From the NCBI GenBank assembly GCA_951406725.2, contig OX597820.1, forward strand, positions 122,326,001 to 122,390,000: a stretch of 64,000 nt of DNA, read 5' to 3'. Below the pieces are notes generated by a model that was not told the DNA's origin, did not search any database, and saw only the letters and a program-made list of their open reading frames with translations. Positions 27,161 through 39,276 of the stretch are shown piece after piece. A program made the translations under genes and the position numbers. The DNA comes from Octopus vulgaris (Eukaryota). Position 1 is the stretch's first letter, and the number at the start of each line of letters is the position of its first letter.

Positions 27161-28382
27161 CACATATATATGCATATATACATATATATATGTATGTATG
27201 TATATATGTAGACATATATATATGAATGTATGTCTGTATACATTCATATATGCATATATATTCATGCATTTATATTTATATGAATGTACGTATAAATGTG
27301 TGTGTGTGTGTGTGCGCGCATGTGTGTTTAGCAATGTCTTCTTAATTCTGTTTCCTTCTTATTCTCTGCTTTGAGTTCACATATCTATCTTCATGCCCAT
27401 GCATATGTCAACACACACATACACACACACACCCCCTCACTTTTCTTTCAAATCACCAGCTACTAGTTTTTTTCTTGTTCTTGGTTTTTTTTTTTTTTTG
27501 TTTGAAAAAAAAAACCCCAAATTGTTTGCTGTTAATGGGTTGGGTTTGTGGAAAGAAGGAACTTTTGAATTTGGCAATGCCATTTGGCTGACTATTGAAG
27601 TTAAAATGTTAGCAGACTTATTATTAGCAAAAACTATATTACACAGCTTTAAATAATTGCCTTGAATACATTACAACTGTACAAACAACAACAACAAAAC
27701 AACCAAGAGTTATCAAATGTGATGATATGTGGAAGTATATTAGGAAAAAAGCAACAAAAACAAAAAATAATAACATATGAAGTTTGTTTTGGGATGGTGT
27801 TGTGTTACACTTCTAGTTTCCCTTTCTTGTGTGTGTGTGTGTGTGTGTAGATATTTAATTTTCTCTTGTGTTCCTTTTCTTTCCCATCATTATTGATGTA
27901 AAGGTAAAAACTCGTTAAAGACACATTTTAAAGACATACAATTTGCTTATGTTGAAAGAGATAGTTTTATTGATTAGTAATTAAATAATTATAAATATAG
28001 AAATGATGATGATAATAATAATGATGATGGTGATGCTGTTTTTCTTAAGCAGGTAGGGATTTTGTCATTGTTACCTTTTTATTGAGGCACTGCCAAAATA
28101 CGATGATTGAAACCAGAGAGAGGTTTTGGGGTGTAAAGAATCTGTCTCTTCCTTTGTTTTTGTCATTTGCTCAACTGTAGTTATAGGAATGGTGATGATA
28201 ATGATAATAATAATAATAACAATAATAATAATAATAATAATAACAACAACAACAACTACAAAGATTTCTTTTGAATAGGCATAAAACTATAGATTTGTTT
28301 TGACTTCAAATTTGATATTGTAACATTGTTGCTATTCTTCAGAATATTATCAGTGTAAAAGAATTGAGATGGCTTTGTGGTG

Positions 28383-28418
<36 letters not shown>

Positions 28419-29608
28419 GTAAGTCTTGATTGTCGTTGTCTGTATTGTGGTAATAGAAACAGAAAGTATTGGAGCCTCGCAGCCTTTTTCTGCTTCTCGC
28501 TTTTTTACTTTCTAAATCGAAATCCCAATGTGAGAGATTTGGCTTTTTCTCTTTCCAAGTTGATAAAATAATATACCAGTCCATTACTAATGGTTATAAT
28601 TGCTTCCTTCCCACAAATTGGCACCTTGTGCTTATGTAACAACAACAACTACGACAACTACTACCGCTGCTACTACTACTACTACTACTACTGCTACAAG
28701 ATAGTTACATCATGTGTGGAATAATGTAGATGTCTTTATAGTATGTGATAAAAGAATCCTCTGAGGCTGCTCTGTGACGATAATATTGCTACACTTGTCT
28801 GAGACGTTATATCTAAGTTGTTAGAGAAAAGTCAGTGAAAATCACTTGCAGATCAGAATAAAAACAGAAAATGAAAGTTCTAATAGAAATATCATTTGGA
28901 AGGAAATAGAAGAGTATAAGAAGTTTTAAATAGGAAAAGCAAGATGTTGGATACATGGGTAACTAATAATACCAAGAATGATTAATGCAGTGCGTAGCAT
29001 AAAAAAAGAAGAGGAAAAAGAAGTATCAGGACGTCCAACTTTATACCCATTTCCCAAATATTCTTATTAAACACATTTTATACAAGATCTTAGTTTTTGG
29101 TTGACTCCCATACAACACATGCAACTTGCAAAGATGAAAGCTTCCTTTAAACAAGAAAAACCAAAACTATGGCAAGGCCCAACAGAACATCATGGCTTAG
29201 ATTTGGAGCCTGTAGAAAGACACTCTTTCCTCCGGCACCAGAAGACAGTATTGCACATCTCTCATCTTCTCATAAAGACAAATGCGCAACTGGTGTTGCA
29301 ATGAACAACTCGTTTGAAATTACTGGAAACATCCAAAATTAATAACAACAACAAAAATAGTTTTAATAATGGCCTCTAGTTTAAGGTGAAGGCTAACAAT
29401 TTTGGTCCAGTGTTTTATTGACTCCATGCCCACCCAACCACTAGGAGAATGAAAAGCAAGGTTGACTATGCTAATATTTGAACTCGGAATAACTAATTAC
29501 TCTAAGACATCTCGTTCAATGCTTTTATGATTTTGTCTTGGCCATCTTCCTGATAATAGGAATAAATCAAAAGAGGGACATGTTTACACGCCTATCACTT
29601 AGCATGAA

Positions 29609-30095
29609 CCCTTTCGTTAACAACCTGGCTGAAAGTGGAGGTGCGTGGCTTAGTGGTTAGGGTGTTGAACTCATGATCGTAAGGTTGTGTTTTCAATTCC
29701 TGGACCGGGCGATGCGTTGTGTTCTTGAGCAAAACCCTTCATTTCACGTTGCTCCAGTCCACTCAGCTGTCAAAAATGAGTAATCCTGCGACGGACCGGC
29801 GTCCCATCCAGGTGGGGAATTTCTACGCCACAGAAACCGGGAAACCGGCCCTTATGAGCCTGGCATGGCTCGAGAAGGAACATTTACCACCTGGCTGAAA
29901 CCAGCTCTGGCTCTATAGTACAAATGTCTTGTTTTCATAAGTTTTGCATTAAAATCTTCCACCAAACCTTAGTCACAATTTATGTTCCTAACACCAGTTG
30001 AATGATAATTAAGAAATTTTACTAAATTCTTTGTTATATTAAAAGTAATTGAAAGAAGCACAGAGCATCTCAACAGAAATTCAGTAACGAAAGGG
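29609..30095. mobile_element. Same piggyBac-like MITE, interrupted by SINE C
   Basis: CCCTTTCGTTA ... TAACGAAAGGG|TTAA; internal sequence matches the 6134 copy. Confidence 0.82.
29635..29888 (+). mobile_element. tRNA-derived CORE-like SINE, family C, inserted into a piggyBac-like MITE with 12-bp TSD
   Basis: A-box TGGCTTAGTGG and CORE-like TTCTTGAGCAAAAC. TSD acctggctgaaa at 29623-29634 and 29889-29900. Confidence 0.85.
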
Positions 30096-30706
30096 TTAAA
30101 GGAATTGGTCATGAGACTGGAAAGATATAAAGAGTGAGCACACTTTATCATTGCAGGAACTTTAGAAAATATTTTGGTAGTGAGCAAACCTTGAGTAAAA
30201 TTTCAGCCGTAAGATTTTCTGGGCAATTGTATTGAAGCAAGGGATATTACCTTTTCCAAATTAGAAACCTAGCTGCTAAACACACACACACCAAACACAC
30301 ACACAGAAACAAAACAACAAAAACAAATGTTATTCATTAATTACCTTCTGTGAGAATATTGCCATCACATGAAAATCTGGTGTTGCATGGAGTAAGAGCA
30401 CAACACACACAAACTAAGAAAAATGTTATGTTAAGAGCATTTATAAGAATACGTCTCTCAATTTTCAACCTAGATTGAACTTGTAAACTTTCTAAATGCA
30501 GATGGAGATTAGGAACTTGTTTTGATTCCACTTTAAAATCTGTGATCACTGTTTTTCTTCAGATGGAATCGAATGAAAGCTTAGAAATTAAAATTATGTC
30601 TTTTTCACTCTGAACCCTTTCCGTCTGTCATACAAAGCAAAAATGGGATAAGTATTTTAAAGTAAGTTTTTACGTCATTTTCTTTTTTTGCCTTTCCTTT
30701 AAACAG

Positions 30707-30966
30707 GTTCCTCATCTACAACTGCATTGCCAAGCCCTTCAATTGTGCATCTTGGCCAACTCCAACAACTGAAGATTCCACCCAAATCGTTTTGGCAGTC
30801 AAAGTTTGAACAACTTGACCCAGGTTTTATCAAGATCAACTTTACCATCCCTGATCATGCTGTACTAGGTATATACGGACGGAAAAACCTACCGCCAACA
30901 CATGTCCAATTTGAGTTTTTTGAAATTTTCAGTGGCTCGAGACTGGTGAAAAGGTCACTATCTTGG
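30707..30966 (+). CDS. Ten-m: Teneurin exon: conserved pre-EGF ectodomain (IPPKSFWQSKF...LGIYGRKNLPPTHVQFEFFEIFSG...VKRS)
   Basis: ctttaaacag|GT ... TGG|gtatgt. IPP..FW and GIYGRK.LPPTH.QF.F match the teneurin motifs IPPGLFW and GVYGRRGLPPSHTQFDF. Phase 1 to 0. Confidence 0.96.
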
Positions 30967-31097
30967 GTATGTTATTTTTGAGAACTTCTTTCAGTTTGTT
31001 TCATTTTCCATATTTTAAAAGTTGATGCAGAAGCGAACCCAGTCCAGTTTGCTTCTGCTTATCATTTAAGCTAAGTTACACCGTCGTTTCTTTTATT

Positions 31098-31345
31098 CTT
31101 TTACTTGTTTCACTCATTTGATTGCAGCCATGCTGGAGCACTGCCTTAAAGGGTTTTTTTAAGTCAATGAAATTGACCCCAGGACTTATTCTTTGTAAGC
31201 CTAGTACTTATCGGTCTCTTTTGCCAATCTACTATGTTATAGGGATGTAAACATACCAACATCGGTTTTCAGGCAATGGTGGGGAGACAAACACATGCAC
31301 ACACACAAATATATACATACATATCTATGTATGTATGTATGTATG

Positions 31346-31396
<51 letters not shown>

Positions 31397-32270
31397 TGCT
31401 TCTTTCAGTTTCCATCTACCAAGTCCTCTCGCAAGGCTTTACTTGGTCTGAGGCTATTTTTCTTTTACTTGTTTCAGTCATTTGACTGTGGCTATGCTGG
31501 AGCACTGCCTTTAGTCGAGCAAATTGACCCCAGGACTTATTCTATTGGTCTCTTTTGCCGAACCGCTAAGTTATGGGGACATAAACACACCAGCATCAGT
31601 TGTCAAGCGATGTTGGGGGGGACAAACACAGACACACAAACATACACACACACATACATATATATATATATAATTTATGTGAAATAGAAAGATGAATAAT
31701 CTTGTTGCAGATTAATCAAAAGTTTAACCGATACCTTGGTAGCAAAAATCACAGCAGAAGACAGCACGGTTGGAGGTACAACCATATGGTGTTGCAACCG
31801 TGCGTTGGTGCGGATAATTGAATTTTAATATTATTAGTGAATTGAAGAAATGGAGTTGAACGAAGATTGAACAGAAATCGTTTTATTTCATTCTACACGT
31901 GTTTCGAAATATACACGTGTAGAATGAAATAAAACGATTTCTGTTCAATCTTTGTTCAACTCCATTTCTTCAATTCACTAATAATATATATATATATATA
32001 TATATACGACGGGCTTCTTTCAGTTTCTATCTGCCAAATCCACTCACAAGGCTTTGGTCGGCCCGAGGCTATAGTAGAAGACACTTGCCCAAGATGCCAC
32101 GCAGTGGGACTGAACCCCGAACCATGTGGTTGGTAAGCAAGCTACTTACCACACAGCCACTCCTGCACTATAGTGAAAAACGCTTACCAAAGATGCCACA
32201 CAGTGGGACTGAACCTGGAACCATGTGGTTTTGAAAGCAAGCTTCTTACCACACAGCCATACTTGTGCCT
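31098..32270 (-). mobile_element. Nested SINE A cluster: outer copy 31098-31455 + 32168-32270, inner copy 31460-31670 + 32005-32167
   Basis: Two 3' halves and two 5' halves in nested order. The fold-back element lies in the inner copy's (TA)n. Confidence 0.75.
31685..31987 (-). mobile_element. Penelope-like terminal remnant ending in a fold-back with ~75-bp arms
   Basis: Arms 31828-31902 and 31913-31987. Minus strand has GAAAC-ACGT-GTA followed by AATAAA. 31690-31780 is similar in reverse to 19330-19415. Confidence 0.55.
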
Positions 32271-32623
32271 GCACTCTCTGCAATAGTACATATTCTAAAA
32301 CTGGAACGATTCTGATAATATTGCATTTGCTTTTTTGTCTTTGTAAATCACAGTTTTCTTTTCCTGTTGGTGCTTAGTTCCATTTTAGAAACAATGTGGT
32401 TGAGTTGATGTAGTGTTTTCCTATCAATGCATTACTTGTTAAATTCATCTTCACTTGGTTGTATATCGGACACAGATACTTAATGCAGTCAACCAGCTAA
32501 CAATTATTTACCTCAACACCTGGAAATGGTCCCTGAAACACCTATCCTGTCGCTAATTACAAACTCTTATAACATTGCATGTGTTTCCATTCTTCATGTT
32601 CGGAATGGACTGAAGCACTTTAA

Positions 32624-32842
32624 CCCTTTAGTATTTAAACCGGCCATATCCGGCCAAAATAGTTAATCTGTTTTATGTTCAAACTGACCAGATCCAGGCC
32701 CTCACACCTACCCTACAATGTTATTCCACATTAAGTAATTACACCATCAAGATCTTGAAGATATGAGATAATGCATGATTAATTCAAATTAATGGGAATC
32801 AATAAGCATTATGTTTGATAGAATAATCTGAACACTAAAGGG
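32624..32842. mobile_element. Second piggyBac-like MITE family
   Basis: TTAA|CCCTTTAGTATT ... AACACTAAAGGG|TTAA; different internal sequence. Confidence 0.8.
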
Positions 32843-33231
32843 TTAAGGGCTTCAAGAAAATATGTGGAACTGTTTTGTTTTTCTTTGTATTTATTCAGCT
32901 GAACTTATAATACAAAAACAAAAAAAAAAAAAGCATTACATGAAACTATGATGCATTTTTAATTTCTAAAATCTTACATTATTTTTAATATTCATGTAAT
33001 AATAAGGTTTTGTTAACACTTGTCATTTAAATATGTGCTGATTATTAGAAACAGTTTCTTATGGGTTGGTAATATGAACCAAGTTGGTTTCAATAATAAG
33101 ATTCAAAGTGTTCAGTCAACACCGTCTCAAGTAAAATTGACCAAAGCTATTCAACAATAAAGACTAACTTCCTTTTATCATAAGTTCCTTTTGTCTTAAC
33201 ACTCTCATTTACATCATATACATCCTGTATA

Positions 33232-33369
33232 TGGCTTGACACCATCAGGAGTGATACCGGAATGGACATGGCCAGTCTGAAGGAAGCGGCCCAGGATAGA
33301 ACTGACTGGAGGACACTGATCCAAAGAGTGACCAAGAGTCGACTTCGACTGAGCGGTTAGAGAGAGAGG
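33232..33369 (+). mobile_element. 5'-truncated RTE (BovB-like) LINE 3' end with 12-bp TSD
   Basis: Encodes WLDTIRSDTGMDMASLKEAAQDRTDWRTLIQRVTKSRLRLSG* followed by an (AG)n tail. TSD acatcctgtata at 33220-33231 and 33370-33381. Confidence 0.88.
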
Positions 33370-33589
33370 ACATCCTGTATACATCATATACACTCCTTAC
33401 AAATGGTGCCACTATATATGCTTCCACGATTACTAAAAATACATGAATGCACACATACACGCACACACACAGACTATCAGAACAGTTTGTTGAGATGGTT
33501 GACATCTCTCTCATTCAATATCTTCTTTCACAGTTTTTGGGTAAACAACAACCTGCATTGATATAGCCTCAACTACTGTATTATATTGG

Positions 33590-33898
33590 TGGAGGCACAT
33601 GGCCTAGTGGTTAGAGCAGCTGACTCGCGCTCGAGGGATCATGGGTTCGAATCTCAGACCGGACGATGTGTGTGTTTATGAGCGAAACTGTTTATGAGCA
33701 AAACACCTAAGCTCCATGCGGCTCCGGCAGAAGCTAATAGCAAAACTTCTGCTGACTCGTTCGCCACCTCTCACTCTTCCCTCCTGCATCTTGCAGCTCA
33801 CCTGCAATGGACCAGCGTCCCATCCAGGTGGGGAACCTATACACCAAGAAACCAGGAAACCGGCCCTTATGAGCCAGGCATGGCTCGAGAAGGAACAA
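33590..33898 (+). mobile_element. SINE family C
   Basis: ggaggcacatggcctagtggttagagcagc...gggttcgaatctc. Shares the tail ccggcccttatgagcc.ggcatggctcgagaaggaac with the 29635 copy. Confidence 0.82.
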
Positions 33899-34186
33899 AC
33901 ATAACTGTACATATTATTAGGACTTTTTATAGAAATTAGGCTGGTTGATTTGTAAGGGGATGAGGATAAGCATGAGATCAGTTAATGATGACAGAACTTT
34001 ACTGATAAAGATGCTATAAATGACAATGTCATTAATGAGTTTTGCGATGATATCAGTGTTTACAACATTGCTGCTGATGTTGATAAGCAAAATTAAAATT
34101 ATGATGAGGATTATAATGTTAAGAACAAAAGCCTCAATGGAAATAATAAATCTCTGAATGAGGTATAGACAGTAACTGCACGACAA

Positions 34187-34600
34187 TGTGAAGTATATTT
34201 GCCATCTAAATATGGCTAACCACTAAGGGTGGATGTTACTGTAGCTTGTAGCCCCAGGAGAACATCTTCTCCAGCTGGCTATCGACAAACTTTCTGTGCC
34301 CTATCGGTATTTGCAAAGGAAGTGATACACACGGACTGCAGTTTCTGGGTATTGACCCGTCATCAGCACACCATTGAAAACCGGTGATTGTCGTGCACTG
34401 ATGACGGGTTAGTACCCAGAAACTGCAGTCCGTGCGTATCACTTAGGTTGATGAAGAAAGGATGACCTTCCTTTGCAAATACCGATAGGGCACAGAAAGT
34501 GTGTCAATGGGCAGCTGGAGAAGATGTTCTCCTGGGCTACAAGCTACAGTAATATCCACCTTCAGTGGTTAGCCATATTTAGATGCAAATATACTTTACA
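34187..34600. repeat. ~415-bp imperfect inverted repeat with CTGATGA...GAAAC-TGCA-GTC motif in both arms
   Basis: Left arm 34187-34366 pairs with right arm 34398-34600, which carries a ~23-nt insertion near 34445-34466. Hammerhead-like core at 34398-34430 (+), mirrored on the minus strand. Confidence 0.85.
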
Positions 34601-34716
34601 ATGAAAATATTTACTGGAAAATTAATATTGCCAATAAGAAAAGATAAGGATGACAAGCACTATGGTGGTAGCAATGTTATTGTTAATGATGTTTATGTTT
34701 TTGGTCTTTACAACAG

Positions 34717-34837
34717 AGAGATAGCCCAGGCAAGAACACAGCTATCATTCAGTACTTGACTGCAGGAGTGTGGTACTTTGCCATCTACAATGACAACAAC
34801 AAACCACAAAAGGTGGCATTTGTCACCAATGTAAAAG
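34717..34837 (+). CDS. Ten-m: Teneurin exon (RDSPGKNTAIIQYLTAGVWYFAIYNDNNKPQKVAFVTNVK)
   Basis: ctttacaacag|AGA ... AAAG|gtaagt. Absent from the ORF track. IQYL..G.W..A.YND matches teneurin IQYLDSGIWHLAFYND. Phase 0 to 1. Confidence 0.95.
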
Positions 34838-37800
34838 GTAAGTACGGTCTGCTATCTGCTATTGTACCTTGTGTGTGTTTGAGTTAACAAGTGTCATTTC
34901 TTATCAGTGTGAAATGAAGGAGCAACTCTACTGTGGGTCTGTACATGTGTGCTTGTGTATTTGCCTGTATATGTGTGTCATTACACGCATATATAAGCTT
35001 GTAAGTTTGTGTTTGTATTTTACCAAGATTCATTATTAGTGGTTGTCGTGGATGGAGCTGGAAGAAACATCTGAGTGTGAGAATGCTTTCCTTTTCATTA
35101 TTTTAGTTGTTTGACACTGAATAACTCAACGTGTTGATTTTAACTTCACAATTCTCCAGGGTTGACAAAAATAAAAACATTGGTTATGTGCTAATCCAAT
35201 TAATTATACGCCCACCCTCACTTCCCCACCAAATTACGTGGGTTCTATGCATGAGTTGGAATTAATGATTATTACTGGTGGAGGGGGGAGGGGTGGGGGA
35301 GAAGATGAAGCTGTAGATTGCTGGAATGTTTACGTTATAACATTTAGTTTCAACATGGTATATCCTAAGTGAACATGTCACTTTGTCTTTCATCCTTCCA
35401 GTTTGATTTAAATAAATACTAGGTTGATCCAGTTGACTGTGCAACCAGCCATTAACAATTTAGCCTTGAGGAGGATAGTCAAAAGAAATTATAATCTTTT
35501 AACCAGGCACAAAGTCTTGTGTTTTGGCAAATGTCACAGGATCCAGGAAATGGATGTTGTGATATTTGCACCTTTCCCAACGGCTTCAGTAGTGCAAAAC
35601 CATGTCACTGTGCCACCTTACCGTTAACTTGCCTCTTGCACTACGATATGTTCTTTTTTTTTTTTTTTTTTTTTTTACCTTTTTTTCTGTTTTTTTTTTT
35701 TTGTTTTCAGATGTCAGTATTAATAACATTATCATTACTCGAGCATTTAACATTCAGCAGCTGCTGTCTCCTCCAATCGCACCAGTTAAAATAGTCATTC
35801 TTTTTTTGTTATTATTTTACTGTTTTCAGTTGTTTCTCTATCTCAAGTCACCCCGCCGCCTCCCATACATACACAAAATATTCATTTAGCATGCGTTTTA
35901 TTGCAAAAACACTTGTTCATCTGATGGAAATTTAAGAAGGCATAGAAAAAAAAAAAAACGTTTTTTAAATATCCTTAAAAAAAAATACCCCCTCAGTAAT
36001 CATAGCAAATTACATGCCTTAATTATAGCATCAAACTATCAGAGATATTAAACATGTTAGCTTTTAATCACAGTGGTAGAGGCTTGCTAGTTATTTTGGT
36101 CATTTTGTAATTATGGGCACTTTAGATGTGTGTGTTTGGTTCTTTCGAAAATTGTAGCCACTTTGCAACGAACAAGGACGTTATGACGCTGGAGTTGGTG
36201 TAATTTAGATTAAAATGTTCTTGTTGTTGTTGGTGGTGGTGGTTGTGGTGATGGTGATGATAGCAGAAGTAATAGTAGTAGTTGTAGTGGTGGTGTTGAT
36301 AATTTGGTAGTAATTATGTTAATTGTAATATTTTCCTTTTTTTTTTTTTCTTCCTATCTTTGTTAACTGGAGCTTAACCACACTAACATTAAAACTACTA
36401 CTACTACTGCTGCTGCTGCTGCTACTATTACTACTACTACTACTATTAATAATAATAATAAGGATGATGATGATGATAAATGAAAATAAAAAAGCAACAT
36501 AAAAGTCTATACAGTAAAGTATGAAAGTTAAGGAGTTGCTGTGATTGATTGTGATGATAATGATGATGGTGTGTAAATGAGGGTGGCACTAGTGACCGGA
36601 TGAGTAGCTGAAATGCTGGCAATGATGAAGATAAGGAGGATGTATATGCTTCCATGCACCCTTCTTCGCCTATTTTATAATGCAAGATTGGGTTGTTTTG
36701 ATGAACGAATTTAAGAATTTATGCCCAGTGCATTTTGCTATCCATTCCTCCCTAATTTGCAAAGGCTGTTATAGTTCCAAATTTTTGACAGAGTGAATTG
36801 CGTCGGGGTGCTGTTTTTTCCACAGACAGTGCCCAACTGACCCTACTTTACTGTGTAGTCAACAAAATCAAAAACAAACAATGTACATGGGGGAAATTAA
36901 AAATATATAAATGGCGACAATTTACTCATCACACTCTGTATATATTTTATTTGATAAAATCGTAGTTCATTGTGGTGATATCTGAGCTTGATCTCTTACA
37001 TCTTAATATGAAACAAGATATCTCTTAGTACTCTAGTCTCTAAGTACTCTTGACCTAAATCTTGTGGTTCGTGGATTCAGTCTTTTGCTTAGTTTTATAC
37101 CAGCACTCTACTCTAAAGCAATGATTCCTACTGATGAATTATGGGATGGGGGATATTGTTATGGGATAATATTATGGTGTGTCTTATTTTAATGCAATAC
37201 CATTTATATTTGGACTTTAGTTTTACCAATATATCTTCCCCAAACTGTATTATTATAAGCAGCTATAAAATATATTTAACCTTATTCCGTATGCCCAAGT
37301 CCCAAAACATGCAGATTGACAATGCCTGGAATACCAACTGGGACTGAAACTAAGTCCAAGTTATTGAAGGCATTGTGTGGCCCCTGTGCTTTGATTGAAT
37401 AAATATTTGCCAAAACTGATAAAGGATTTGTCATCTTCATTGAACTTGGCAAATCTCTAAGTAACAACTGCATCGCTTGATTGGAACTTTACTGGTTCAG
37501 TTTTAAGAGATGCCAAGAGTTAATTAATCTATATGCAAGTTGTTAGGATAATTGCATAATAGTCTCCATGTAAATTGATTTGAAATAAAAGAAGATTTTG
37601 TCTGCTAATTTTCTTAGATTCTAAGCAAGATATTTCCTAATTCCCAAATTTTGATAATGTTTTTATTTTGTGTTTTTTAATGTTTTTTATTTTGCATTTT
37701 TGTTATACCAGTCATATTCTTACATGATCTCTGATATCAAACACTGACAATTCAAGAAATAAATCATTTTGGAGAGATTTACAACAATTTTTAGTGTTAA

Positions 37801-37878
37801 ATTTGATATTTACGACAAGCAGTAAATAGATGTCATCAACCATGTCTGTCTGTTCTTACAGTGTGAGGCTCTGTTATG

Positions 37879-37910
<32 letters not shown>

Positions 37911-38084
37911 TACATTCTCCTTTCTCTTTAATTCTTTCTGTCTCTCTTCCCTGGAAGAAAAGGACTGTGGTCAGACAAAGAGTGGGATAGGTACTACTAT
38001 GTCTAAAAGGTCCAAAGATACACCATATGTTATGAAAGCACCTTTGTGATTCTGTGAAGGAGTTAAGGGCCTGGATATGGCACA

Positions 38085-38130
<46 letters not shown>

Positions 38131-39067
38131 CACACATATATACACATTTGTGTATCTGTCTACCTATCTATACATACATACGTATGTATACATATATATT
38201 CATATAGACATACAAGCATGCACACAGACATGCACAATCCTTTATATATATATATGCAAGCGTAGAGGCAGATGAACATAGCCACTTGCACACACATACA
38301 CATTAAATTTGCTATTTTATTTGTTTATAAAATCTTGTGGTTGCTTAATTAGATATTACTGTTTTATTTCTTTTAAAATTTAATTATGAAACTTATTTTT
38401 TTTTCTTTTATTTGTTTATTTATTGATATATTTAGTTTTAATATTGTAATATTTTATTATAGAAATGGATACTAACACAATTACAGAATGCATTGTTGAT
38501 TTAATTATAGAATACAATAATTTAATCAGAAAACACAAAGATAGATTAATTGTAGAATCTTGCTGGAGAACAATGGCAACAGTAACAAATACGATAACAA
38601 CAACAACAACAATAGCATTAATAATAAATACCTAACATAGCATCAAATCAAATAAAATTCAGGAACTGCAATCTATTGTTTGTGAAAACTGGTGCTGTTC
38701 CTAGATTCTGTATGCAGACGTCAACACACACACACACACACACATACCTGTGTCTGTTCTTTCACAAACACTACATGCAAATAGCACGCACATATGCATG
38801 CATATGCGCATACACATACATACACATACATGCACACACACACACTCTCATGCCACACACACACATGCACACTTGGAAATCACAGCTTCTAGGTAAATGT
38901 TATTTATACTCTTGAACCTTTCTCCGCAAATAACATTTAGATTGATTTCAAGCTACAGTTACATAACACTGCCTGCAATATCTTTGGCATAATTTATGTG
39001 AAATCAACAGGATCAATTTTGTTATCATCATCATCATCATCATTATTATTATTATTTTGTTAATTCT

Positions 39068-39276
39068 AGAAACACACAAAAGCCGTTCGATTCACTTCAA
39101 CATTTAAGTTTAATTTGTCAAAATATTTTCTTCGCTTTAAGACCGCGACCTGTTCACTGACAAAAATCCAGCATGGTTTTTTGTCAGTGAACAGGTCGAG
39201 GTCTTAAAGCGGTGAAAATATTTTGACAAATTAAACTTAAATGTTGAAGTGAATCGAACGGCTTTTGTGTGTTTCT
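39068..39276. repeat. Near-perfect inverted repeat with ~99-bp arms
   Basis: 39068-39166 is the reverse complement of 39178-39276 with about 3-4 mismatches and a ~11-nt loop. Confidence 0.9.

Noticed and set aside
33590-33665. tRNA gene-like sequences (also the heads of other SINEs)
   Set aside because: A/B boxes run straight into SINE bodies with no proper acceptor stem; these are SINE heads.
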